Assembly: GCA_964291675.2 (NCBI GenBank) | Contig: OZ219866.1 | Location: 1,280,001 to 1,344,000, forward strand | DNA: 64,000 nucleotides | Direction of reading: 5' to 3' | From: Alphaproteobacteria bacterium | GTDB taxonomy: Bacteria; Pseudomonadota; Alphaproteobacteria; MPNO01 | Part shown: piece by piece, positions 1 to 10,318 of the stretch | How positions within the stretch are numbered: position 1 is the first letter of the stretch | How the letters are laid out: every line of letters begins with the position of its first letter | Notes under the pieces: generated by a model | What the model was told of the DNA's origin: nothing | What the model saw: the letters and a program-made list of their open reading frames with translations, nothing else | Databases searched by the model: none | Translations under genes and position numbers: made by a program

Positions 1-1
1 C

Positions 2-580
2 GGCGACCTCTACGGCGCCGCCGCCTCGCCGGTGGTCAAGGCGCTGTCGCTGGTGCCGGAAGCCAAGCGGGCCTATTGGGACCTCGCCGAGGAGCACTAT
101 TTGCCGGGCAGCGAGATGACCGACTTCGCGACCGGGGTCCGTGCCATCGACCGCATGCAGATGGAGCTGGTCGCGGGCCGGGTGTCGGCGCTCCATCAAT
201 GCGTCTACTGAACCAGCGCCCATGCGTTCATGCTCCGTGCGAGCACAGAGGTTTCGGGCGCCGATTTCGACCTGGGGGCCGTCACCGGCGAAGCGACGGA
301 TGACGGCGGCATCGCCGGCGGGGTGCTGCTGCACGGCTTCGCCGAGGCGGTCACGCTCGGCGACGCGGCGCGGACGGCCGAGCTGAGGGACGCGCTGGTC
401 GACCGGCTGGGCGAGGCGGCGATGATCGACGCGGCGGCGACCGCGGCGGCGTTCCACGGCTTCGTCCGGGTGGTCGACGCCACCGGCGCCCCGGTGGCGG
501 GAGCGGCGGGCGGACGGGTGACCCCCGAATTCCGCCAGGCGCTCGGCATCGACGAGTTCTACGGCGCGCGCAACCCCTGA
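2..580 (+). CDS. AhpD/CMD-like alkylhydroperoxidase-related protein, probable selenoprotein (5' end outside window; TGA 209-211 read as Sec)
   Basis: Frame open from base 2: ...MELVAGRVSALHQCVY*TSAHAFMLRAS... continuing in frame into ORF 230..580. Matches the AhpD core ELxAxxVSxxxxCxYCxxxH with the second Cys replaced by TGA. C-terminal AFHGFVRVVDATG is CMD-like. Confidence 0.85.
231..245 (+). promoter_or_regulatory. Putative bacterial SECIS hairpin
   Basis: Stem TGCTC(231-235)/GAGCA(241-245) with loop CGTGC (G-U in the loop). Loop starts 25 nt after the in-frame TGA, consistent with the bacterial SECIS model. Confidence 0.65.
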
Positions 581-586
581 CGCGGT

Positions 587-1456
587 TCAGAAGAGCGACG
601 GCGCCTCCGGGTCGTGGCGCGCGTGGCGCGCCCTGGCGGCGCGGGGGCTGGCCACCGCGTAGCAGTAGATGCAGCCATGCGGGCAGCTGTCATAGGCGCC
701 GATGTCGCGCGCCTCGTGGCAGGCGCAGCCCGGCCGGTTGCCCTTCTCCCTGGCCGCGATCGGCCGGCCCGCCACGTCGCCGAGCCGCCCCGCGTCGATG
801 CAGCGCGCCTCCCTCGCGCCGCCGGCGGCGAGGTCGGGCTGGGCGCAGATCGTGGCCTGCATCCCGAACGCCCTTGCAGTGGCGGCGAGCTCGGCGACCG
901 TCGCCCGCTTGCGCTCGACCGCGGGGTCCTCCCAGGTCAGCCCCGACGCCCGCCCGGCGGCGGCGAGGTTGCGGCGCGTCTTGCGATAAAGGCTCGCGAA
1001 CGACAGCACCGCCTCGTCGACCGCCCCGGCGAGCGCCTCGGCGAGGCGGGCGAAGCGTTCGACATGGGAGCAGAGCGGCGTGGCGCCGGTCACGATGATC
1101 GGGTCGCAGCGCCAGACCGCGGCGCGCGGGCCGAAATCCCGGGCGATCGCATGCACCTGTTCGGCGGCCCGCGCGGCGTCGATCACCGAGGTTTCGAGCA
1201 GCCGCGGATAGCCGGTGATCGTGTAGTGGACGACGAAGGGGATGCCGTCCGATGCCAGGCGTTCGAGCACCGGGAGGAACGGCGCCGCGTTGCGCGTCCA
1301 GAACACGAAGCCGGAGACCGACTCCCGGTCGAGGCGGACGGTGTAGGGCTTGCCGTAGGGGTTTCGCACCGTGCAAAACCCGGCCGCCAGGCGTCGTTCG
1401 AACCACGCGCCGTAAAAGGCCGGGATATCGGTGCGGTAGCTCGCGGATACGATCAT
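587..1456 (-). CDS. DUF1848 family protein (radical-SAM-like C-terminal Cys cluster)
   Basis: Starts MIVSASYRTDIPAFYGAWF; contains FVFWTRN, WRCDPII and C-terminal CAC...DIGAYDSCPHGCIYCYA. It is the real 3' part of the 1367-aa antisense ORF. Confidence 0.85.
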   Translation of the reverse strand: MIVSASYRTDIPAFYGAWFERRLAAGFCTVRNPYGKPYTVRLDRESVSGFVFWTRNAAPFLPVLERLASDGIPFVVHYTITGYPRLLETSVIDAARAAEQVHAIARDFGPRAAVWRCDPIIVTGATPLCSHVERFARLAEALAGAVDEAVLSFASLYRKTRRNLAAAGRASGLTWEDPAVERKRATVAELAATARAFGMQATICAQPDLAAGGAREARCIDAGRLGDVAGRPIAAREKGNRPGCACHEARDIGAYDSCPHGCIYCYAVASPRAARARHARHDPEAPSLF

Positions 1457-1486
1457 CGGCCATACCCCTGCGGGACGCGGCGAGCG

Positions 1487-1515
1487 GTTGTACCGCCGGT
1501 TCCCCGACCCTATAT
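1487..1515 (+). promoter_or_regulatory. RpoH (sigma-32)-type heat-shock promoter of dnaK
   Basis: GTTG-N18-CCTATAT about 100 bp upstream of the dnaK ATG; close to the alphaproteobacterial CTTG-N17/18-CYTATNT consensus. Confidence 0.65.
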
Positions 1516-1612
1516 ATCCGCAATCGCAGTTGCGTTTCGGGCGTGAGACTTTCGGGGATGCCGCGGGCGCCGTCACGGGCCCTTGGCGTCCGCTGCAATA
1601 ACGGGGATTGAA

Positions 1613-3529
<1,917 letters not shown>

Positions 3530-3628
3530 GCCCGCCTGCGCGCCAGCACGGTGGCTCCGCGTTGAGTTGCCCACTGCGCCCTCGGCCGGGATGCCGCTCC
3601 CGGCGGTCGCGGCAACGGGTCTGACCGC

Positions 3629-4759
3629 ATGGCCAAAGAGGACTATTACGACACGCTCGGTGTGGCCCGCGGCGCCGACGCGGATGCGCTGAAGCAGGCC
3701 TACCGCAAGCTCGCCATGCAGTATCACCCGGACCGCAACCCGGGCGATGCCGCCGCGGAGCAGAAGTTCAAGCAGATCAACGAGGCCTACGACGTCCTCA
3801 AGGACGACCAGAAGCGCGCGGCCTATGACCGGTTCGGCCACGCCGCCTTCGAAGGCGGCGCGGCGGGCGGCCAGCCCGGCGGCTTCGACTTCGGTTCCGG
3901 CTTCGCCGACATCTTCGACGAGATGTTCGGCGACTTCATGGGCGGGCGCCGCGGCGGGCGGGCGCGCGGCGACGACCTGCGCTACAACATGGAGATCTCG
4001 CTGGAGGAAGCCTACAAGGGCTCGGAGACGCGGATCAAGATCCCGGCATCGGTCGGCTGCGAGACCTGCGACGGCTCGGGTGCCGCGCCCGGCAGCGGGC
4101 CGACCACCTGCGCCACCTGCCACGGCCACGGCAAGGTCCGGGCGCAGCAGGGCTTCTTCTCCATCGAGCGCACCTGCCCCGGCTGCCAGGGCGCCGGAAG
4201 AACGATCGAGAACCCGTGCCGCGACTGCGCCGGCACCGGGCGGACCCGCAGGGAGAAGACCCTCGCCGTCACCATTCCCCGCGGGGTCGAGGACGGCACC
4301 CGCATCCGCCTCGCCGGCGAGGGCGAGGCCGGCATGCAGGGGGCGGGCCCCGGCGATCTCTACATCTTCGTCTCGGTGAGGGCGCACCGCCTGTTCGAGC
4401 GCGACGGGACGACGCTGTTCTGCCGCGTGCCGATCCCGATGACCACCGCGGCGCTCGGCGGCACCGTCGAGATGCCGACCATCGACGGCACGCTCGCCAA
4501 GGTGACCGTCCCGCAGGGGACCCAGTCCTCGCGCCAGTTCCGGCTGCGCGGCAAGGGCATGACCGGGCTGCACGGGCGCGGTCGCGGCGACATGCTGGTC
4601 GAGATCCAGGTGGAGACCCCGGTCAACCTGTCGCAGCGCCAGCAGGAGCTGCTGCGGGAGTTCGAGGACGCGGGGAAGGGCGCCAAGCACGCCACCAGCC
4701 CCGAATCGGAAGGCTTCTTCGCCAGGGTCAAGGGGCTCTGGGAAGACCTGACGGATTAG
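3629..4759 (+). CDS. dnaJ: Chaperone DnaJ
   Basis: J-domain with HPD, G/F-rich linker, four CxxCxGxG repeats; follows dnaK. Confidence 0.99.
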   Translation: MAKEDYYDTLGVARGADADALKQAYRKLAMQYHPDRNPGDAAAEQKFKQINEAYDVLKDDQKRAAYDRFGHAAFEGGAAGGQPGGFDFGSGFADIFDEMFGDFMGGRRGGRARGDDLRYNMEISLEEAYKGSETRIKIPASVGCETCDGSGAAPGSGPTTCATCHGHGKVRAQQGFFSIERTCPGCQGAGRTIENPCRDCAGTGRTRREKTLAVTIPRGVEDGTRIRLAGEGEAGMQGAGPGDLYIFVSVRAHRLFERDGTTLFCRVPIPMTTAALGGTVEMPTIDGTLAKVTVPQGTQSSRQFRLRGKGMTGLHGRGRGDMLVEIQVETPVNLSQRQQELLREFEDAGKGAKHATSPESEGFFARVKGLWEDLTD

Positions 4760-4770
4760 CCCGGGCCGGG

Positions 4771-5937
4771 ATGGAAGCCAGGCGCGGGCGGATCCTCACC
4801 ACCCATGTCGGCAGCCTGCCGCGCGGCGAGCGGCTGGCCGACCTGCTGGTCGCCAAGGCGCATGGCGAAGCCGTCGACGCCGATGCCCTCGGCGATGCGA
4901 TCGCGCAGGCGCTCGACAGGGTGATCCGGCGGCAGATCGAGGCCGGCATCGATATCGGCAATGACGGCGAGGTCCCGCGCACCGATTTCATCTCCTACGT
5001 CACCGACCGGATCGGCGGGTTCGGCCGGGGCGACGGGCCGGGCCGCCGGCTGCCGCTGGACGCGAAGGCCTTTCCGGTCTGGTTCGAGCTGCTCGGCAGG
5101 AGCGGAAGGCGGCGCATCAGCCCCTACGGGCTGCCCCAGGCGATCGGGCCGCTGGTCTACCGCGATCCCGGCCCCATCGACGCGGAGTGCAGCGGATTCC
5201 GGAAGGCGCTCGCAGCCGCCGGGGACGGCTTTGCCGGGACCTTCATGACCGCGGTCTCGCCCGGCTTCGCCGCGACGGCGATGGTCAATCTCCACTACGA
5301 CCGCTTCGAGGACTACGTCTTCGCCCTGGCGCGGGCGCTCAAGCACGAATACCGGCGCATCGTCGAGCACGGCTTCCTGCTGCAGATCGATTCCCCCGAC
5401 CTCGGCATGGAACGGGCCGGCTTCTACCAGGAGAGCAGCCTCGCGGAATTCATCGCGGCGATGGAGATGCACATCGCCGCGCTGAACGAGGCGATCGCCG
5501 GCATACCGCCCGAGCGGGTGCGCCTGCACGCCTGCTGGGGGAACCGGGACGGCCCGCATGTCCATGACGTGCCCTGCCCGGATGTCCTGCCGGCGATGTA
5601 CCGGGCGAAGGTCGGCGCGCTCGTCCTGCCATTCGCCAATCCGCGGCACAGCCACGAGATCGAGGCCTTCCGCCACCTGCCCCTGCCCGACGGCATGTCG
5701 CTCTGCGTCGGCGCCGTCGAGACCACCAACAACTATGTCGAGCACCCGCAGGTGGTCGCCGAACGGCTGGTCCGCGCGGCCCGCTGCGTGGGCGATGCGT
5801 CGCGCATCGTGGCTGCGACCGATTGCGGCTTCGGCACCTTCGCCGGCGACAGCTTCACCGCCGAGGACGTGGTCTGGGCCAAGCTCGACGCGCTCGCGCA
5901 AGGCGCGCGGATCGCCAGCCGGCTGCTCTGGGGCTAG
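4771..5937 (+). CDS. Cobalamin-independent methionine synthase II-like Zn-dependent alkyltransferase (single-barrel MetE / epoxyalkane:CoM transferase-like)
   Basis: TTHVGSLPR, IGNDGE, LQIDSPDL, Zn ligands HACWGN and TDCGFG, VWAKLDALAQGA. Confidence 0.85.
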   Translation: MEARRGRILTTHVGSLPRGERLADLLVAKAHGEAVDADALGDAIAQALDRVIRRQIEAGIDIGNDGEVPRTDFISYVTDRIGGFGRGDGPGRRLPLDAKAFPVWFELLGRSGRRRISPYGLPQAIGPLVYRDPGPIDAECSGFRKALAAAGDGFAGTFMTAVSPGFAATAMVNLHYDRFEDYVFALARALKHEYRRIVEHGFLLQIDSPDLGMERAGFYQESSLAEFIAAMEMHIAALNEAIAGIPPERVRLHACWGNRDGPHVHDVPCPDVLPAMYRAKVGALVLPFANPRHSHEIEAFRHLPLPDGMSLCVGAVETTNNYVEHPQVVAERLVRAARCVGDASRIVAATDCGFGTFAGDSFTAEDVVWAKLDALAQGARIASRLLWG

Positions 5938-7583
5938 CCGGGGCCGGCCGGGGCCACCGCCTCGCTCTCGCCGCCGGGCGCGGCGACCGCCGAGCTGTCC
6001 TCCGACAGCGACTTCAGGAGCCCCCAGGCCATGAAGACCATGATCACCGAGATCGGCAGCGCCGCCGCGATGGACGCGGTCTGAAGCGCCTTCAGCCCGC
6101 CCGCGAGCAGCAGCACCCCGGCGACCAAGCCCTCGCCCAAGCCCCAGACGATGCGGAAGCGCTGCGGCGGGTCGTCGTCACCCATCGAGAGCATGGTGGT
6201 GATCACCAGCGTGCCGGAGTCCGACGAGGTGATGAACCAGGTGGCCAGCAGGAGCGTGGCGAGCGCCGACATCACCCATTGCAGGGTGGAGAAGTCGGTC
6301 AGGCGCTCGATGGTGCCGTAGAGCGCCGCCGGCAGGTTCCACGCCTTCACCAGCTCGACGATGCCCGCCGTGCCGACGCCGCCCTGGGCGTTGAGCTCCA
6401 TGTAGATCGCGTTGCCGCCGAACATGCAGAGCCAGAAGAAGGCGATCGTGGTGGGGACGAACATCACGCCCACCATGAACTCGCGGATCGTCCGGCCGCG
6501 GCTGATGCGCGCGATGAACAGCCCGACGAAGGGCGCCCAGGAAATCCACCAGCCCCAGTAGAAGATCGTCCAGCCGCCCTGCCAGGCGATCTCCTTCTCG
6601 GTGCCGGCGGTCCAGAACCCCATCGGGATCACGTTCCAGATGTAGTCGCCGAGCGAGGTGACGAAGAAGCCCATCAGCCACTTGAACGGCCCGCCGAACA
6701 GGAAGAAGGCGAGGAGGACGAGCGACAGCCAGATATTCCATTCCGAGATGATGCGGATGCCGTTGCCGACCCCGGACACCGCCGAGACCGTCGCGATGAG
6801 CGAGATGACGACGATCAGGATGATCTGCGTCCATATCCCGGGATCGACGCCGAACAGAACGTTGAGCCCGGTCGCCATCTGGTTGACCCCGAGGCCGAGC
6901 GAGGTGGCGACGCCGAAGATGGTGCCGAACACCGCGAGCAGGTCGACGCCGTGCCCGATGGGACCGTAGATCCGATCCCCGATGATCGGGTGGAGCGCCG
7001 AGCGCATGGTGAACGGCAGCTTCTTGCGGAAGCCGAAATAGGCGAGGCAGAGGCCGACCACCACGTAGACCGCCCAGCCGTGGAATCCCCAGTGGAAATA
7101 GGTGACCCGCATCGCGTGGATCGCGCGGGTGAGATCCATCGAGGTCGCGCCGGCGACATCGGCATGCGGGTTGTTGGGGTAGCCGAAGGCGCCCGAGTTG
7201 TCGAAATAGAAGACCGGCTCGGCGACGCCGAAGAACAGGATGCCGATCCCGACCCCGGCGGAGAACAGCATGGCGAACCAGGAGAAATTGCTGAATTCGG
7301 GGCGCGAATCGTCGTCGCCCAGGCGGATCGAGCCGAATCTCGAGAACATCATGATGAGGCAGAACAGCACCAGCCCCATGACGATGATGATGTAGTACCA
7401 GCTCAGCGACGCCTCGATCCAGCCGCGGATCGCGGTGTAGACGCTGTTGGCGAATTCCACGTTGAGGATCGTGAAGACGACGAAGGCGACCACCATGCCC
7501 TTGGCCGCCAGGCCCATGCCGCTGTGCAGCCCCTGCATAAGCCCGCTTCCGGCGATCAGGTCTTCCCGGTTTCTGGTCGACAA
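5934..7583 (-). CDS. BCCT family transporter (betaine/choline/carnitine/DMSP type)
   Basis: WFAMLFSAGVGIGILFFG, FHWGFHGWAVY, GWTIFYWGWWISWAPFVGLFIARISRGRTIREF; many hydrophobic segments; TTG start. Confidence 0.95.
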   Translation of the reverse strand: MSTRNREDLIAGSGLMQGLHSGMGLAAKGMVVAFVVFTILNVEFANSVYTAIRGWIEASLSWYYIIIVMGLVLFCLIMMFSRFGSIRLGDDDSRPEFSNFSWFAMLFSAGVGIGILFFGVAEPVFYFDNSGAFGYPNNPHADVAGATSMDLTRAIHAMRVTYFHWGFHGWAVYVVVGLCLAYFGFRKKLPFTMRSALHPIIGDRIYGPIGHGVDLLAVFGTIFGVATSLGLGVNQMATGLNVLFGVDPGIWTQIILIVVISLIATVSAVSGVGNGIRIISEWNIWLSLVLLAFFLFGGPFKWLMGFFVTSLGDYIWNVIPMGFWTAGTEKEIAWQGGWTIFYWGWWISWAPFVGLFIARISRGRTIREFMVGVMFVPTTIAFFWLCMFGGNAIYMELNAQGGVGTAGIVELVKAWNLPAALYGTIERLTDFSTLQWVMSALATLLLATWFITSSDSGTLVITTMLSMGDDDPPQRFRIVWGLGEGLVAGVLLLAGGLKALQTASIAAALPISVIMVFMAWGLLKSLSEDSSAVAAPGGESEAVAPAGPG

Positions 7584-7697
7584 TTTTCCCTCCCCGTTGG
7601 GAACGCGCGCTTGCCCGATTCCGCGATCGGCCGAGGAAACCCTAGCAGACGGGACCTAACATGCAAGCGAGGCATGGCCTTGAAGGGCGGGGGTATC

Positions 7698-8561
7698 TCA
7701 GAGACCCGCGACGTCGATCAGCGTCCGGCCCGCTTCGCGCTGACGGCGCTGGTTCTCCTCGACCGACTTCTGAAGCTCCGGCGGCACCGAGACCTCGCGG
7801 GCGAACGCGTCCCGTGCGCGCAGCGGCCCGAACCACGCGAACAGGCGGGGATGCAGCCGCTCCATCGGGTAGCCGCAGCGGATCAGCCGGTTGACGTAGA
7901 TGAACCAGGCGATGTCGGCGATGCTCAGCCGCTCGCCCAGGACATAGGGGCGGTCGGCCAGCTTGCGGTCGAGGTCCTCGAAGGCTCGCCGGAACTTTCC
8001 CGCCGAAACCCGAATCGCCTCGTCGGTGATCCCGTCGCGCGCGATGCGCTCCCAGAAGGCGATCTCGGCGTCCTTGTTGGGGTCGGGCGCGCCCAGCACC
8101 GTGCCGCTTCCGCCGGCGCGGTACTCGGCGAGCGCATCGGCCGATTTGGGCTCGCGCGGCCGCTTATGGGTGAAGCGGAAGGAGATCGTCCGCAGATCGT
8201 GGTGCAGGTCGTCCTCGTGGCGCAGCAGGCCGGCCATCTCGGCTTCGCGCCCCTCCGGGATCAGGCGGGGCTCGGGGAACCGCGAATCGAGCAGCGAGAC
8301 GATATCGTTGCTCTCGATATGCACCGCCCCGTCGATCACCAGCACCGGCACCAGCCCGCGCGGGTTGATGCCGAGAAACCACGCGTTCAGGTTCTCGTCC
8401 CGCGATATGTCGACCGGATGGGGCTGCCAGTCGACGCCCTTGAGGTTGAGCACGATCCGCGTCTTCTGCGAGCACGACGAGTTGTGGAAGTGGAACAGGT
8501 GCAGGCCCTTCCAGCCGAGCACCTCGGTCGTGTGGATATCGCCTTCCAGAAGCTGGACCAT
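7698..8561 (-). CDS. Glutathione S-transferase, PcpC/TCHQD-like class
   Basis: LFHFHNSSCSQKTRIVL, INPRGLVPVL, ESNDI, LSIADIAW; long insertion between the GST domains. Confidence 0.85.
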   Translation of the reverse strand: MVQLLEGDIHTTEVLGWKGLHLFHFHNSSCSQKTRIVLNLKGVDWQPHPVDISRDENLNAWFLGINPRGLVPVLVIDGAVHIESNDIVSLLDSRFPEPRLIPEGREAEMAGLLRHEDDLHHDLRTISFRFTHKRPREPKSADALAEYRAGGSGTVLGAPDPNKDAEIAFWERIARDGITDEAIRVSAGKFRRAFEDLDRKLADRPYVLGERLSIADIAWFIYVNRLIRCGYPMERLHPRLFAWFGPLRARDAFAREVSVPPELQKSVEENQRRQREAGRTLIDVAGL

Positions 8562-8569
8562 GCCGCCCG

Positions 8570-9169
8570 CTACCCCTCCGCGGCCTGCGCCGCCTCGACG
8601 CTCGCGCGGGAGGAGAACCGTTCGTGGAACGCGGCCACGTTGGGGTGCTGGCCGAGGTCGTACTTGGCGGGCCGGGTCCAGTTGAGGATGGCGCCGCAAT
8701 AGACGTCGGCGACGGTGAAGCGGTCGCCCATGAGCCAGTCCTTGCCCTCCAGCGCCCGGTCGAGGAAGCCCAGCCTGAGCTCGATCCGCGCCCGGGCGAT
8801 GGGCCGCATGGCATCCGGAATATGCGGCAGGAACATGGGCGGCAGGCCCTTGTGCAGCTCGCCGCCGACGAAGCTCAGCCATTCCTGCACCCGGTAGCGC
8901 TCGTCCGTCCCGGCCGCCGGCAGCAGGCCGGAATCCGGCACCCGGTCGCCGATCCATTGCAGGATCACCGCGCATTCCGACAGCGTGCTCCCGTCGTCGC
9001 GCTCCAGCAGCGGCACGTAGCCGCGCGGGTTGACCGCGAGATAGTCGCTGCCGTCGGCGAGCGTCTTCTCGCGCAGGTCTACCGACGCAAGGTCGAAGTC
9101 GAGCCCGGCCTCCCTGAGCCCGACATGCGGCGCGAAAGAGCACGTGCCCTTGGCGAAATAGAGTTTCAT
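8570..9169 (-). CDS. gstA: Glutathione S-transferase, beta class (GstA-like)
   Basis: MKLYFAKGTCSFAPH, NPRGYVPLL, ELHKG, FTVADVY. Confidence 0.9.
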   Translation of the reverse strand: MKLYFAKGTCSFAPHVGLREAGLDFDLASVDLREKTLADGSDYLAVNPRGYVPLLERDDGSTLSECAVILQWIGDRVPDSGLLPAAGTDERYRVQEWLSFVGGELHKGLPPMFLPHIPDAMRPIARARIELRLGFLDRALEGKDWLMGDRFTVADVYCGAILNWTRPAKYDLGQHPNVAAFHERFSSRASVEAAQAAEG

Positions 9170-9202
9170 CGCTTCTCCTTGGGTTGGGGGAAGTCCGCCG
9201 GG

Positions 9203-10174
9203 TCAGGCCGCGGCGGCGAAACGGTCCCGGTCATGCGGCCGGGCGAGGTCGACCACGGGGCCGCGCGGCACGACGCCGTTGGCGCCGATCGGCCCGGCGT
9301 TCGAGAAGGTCTGGCGTTTCATCGCCGCCACGTCGCTGACCCTTGCGATGCCCGGCGTCGCGTAGAGATCGCGCAGGTAGTTCGCCAGGTGATGGTAGTC
9401 CTCCAGGCGGCGCAGATTGCACTTGTAGCCGACATAGTAGATGGGATCGAAGCGGAGCAGGCTGGGATAGAGCCGCCAGTCGGCCTCGGTCTGGACGTCG
9501 CCGCAGAGATAGCGCCGATGCGCGAGCAGGTCGTCGAGCCCGTCGAGCGTGCCGAACAGGCGGTCGACGGATCGCTCATAGGCCTCTTGGGCGGTGGAGC
9601 GGCCGCACTCGTTGACGGCGTTGTTGACGCCCCTCAGCACCCTCTCGTTCATCGCGTCGATCTCGCCGCGCAGGGCCGCGGGGTAGAAATCGGGGCTCGG
9701 CTCGGCGATGGCGTCGAATTCGCTGTTGAACATGCGGAGGATCTCGGAGGATTCGTTGCTCACGACCGTCTTGGTCTCGCTGTCCCACAGCATCGGCACG
9801 GTCACCCGCGTGGTGCAGCCGGGCGCGCCCATCGCGTAGATCTGGTGCAGGTAGTCCACCTGCCGGTCGCTGCCCGGGACGGTGTGCGGGCCGTCCGGGA
9901 AGGCCCAGCCCTGCCGGTCGGCCGACTGCTCGGTGTCGACCAGCGCGATCGCGCCTTCGAGCTTCTTGAGCACGCGGAATATCGCCGTGCGGTGCGCCCA
10001 CGGACAGCCGACCGACGAGTAGAGCACATAGCGCCCCGCCCGCGCCGGATAGGGGGAGGACCCGTCGGCGGCGATCCGGTTGCGGAACCGCGCCGGCTTC
10101 TTGACGTAGAGACCGGCTTCGCTCTCGGTGAGAACGTCGTCGAAGGTCCATGTCCCGTTGAGCAGATGACCCAA
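9203..10174 (-). CDS. Glutathionyl-hydroquinone reductase (YqjG/PcpF/ECM4, xi-class GST)
   Basis: GRYVLYSSVGCPWAHRT, VTVPMLWD, VVSNESSEILRMFN, TEADWRLYPSLLRFDPIY; TTG start after a purine-rich RBS. Confidence 0.92.
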   Translation of the reverse strand: MGHLLNGTWTFDDVLTESEAGLYVKKPARFRNRIAADGSSPYPARAGRYVLYSSVGCPWAHRTAIFRVLKKLEGAIALVDTEQSADRQGWAFPDGPHTVPGSDRQVDYLHQIYAMGAPGCTTRVTVPMLWDSETKTVVSNESSEILRMFNSEFDAIAEPSPDFYPAALRGEIDAMNERVLRGVNNAVNECGRSTAQEAYERSVDRLFGTLDGLDDLLAHRRYLCGDVQTEADWRLYPSLLRFDPIYYVGYKCNLRRLEDYHHLANYLRDLYATPGIARVSDVAAMKRQTFSNAGPIGANGVVPRGPVVDLARPHDRDRFAAAA

Positions 10175-10318
10175 GCCTTTTCTCCCTCTTCCCGGACGGA
10201 ACGGAGAACCGTCGCCGCGCCGAACGAGCGCCCGGCAGAATACGCCAGGATCGGGACAGCCGCACGCGCGTGCGGCGGCGCTGTTGACCGGTCCCGGGCG
10301 CGGCACCATGGTCGCGGC

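Noticed and set aside
230-580. Stand-alone 116-aa ORF starting MLRAS
   Set aside because: No RBS and in frame with the upstream CxxU motif; better explained as the C-terminal part of the read-through protein.
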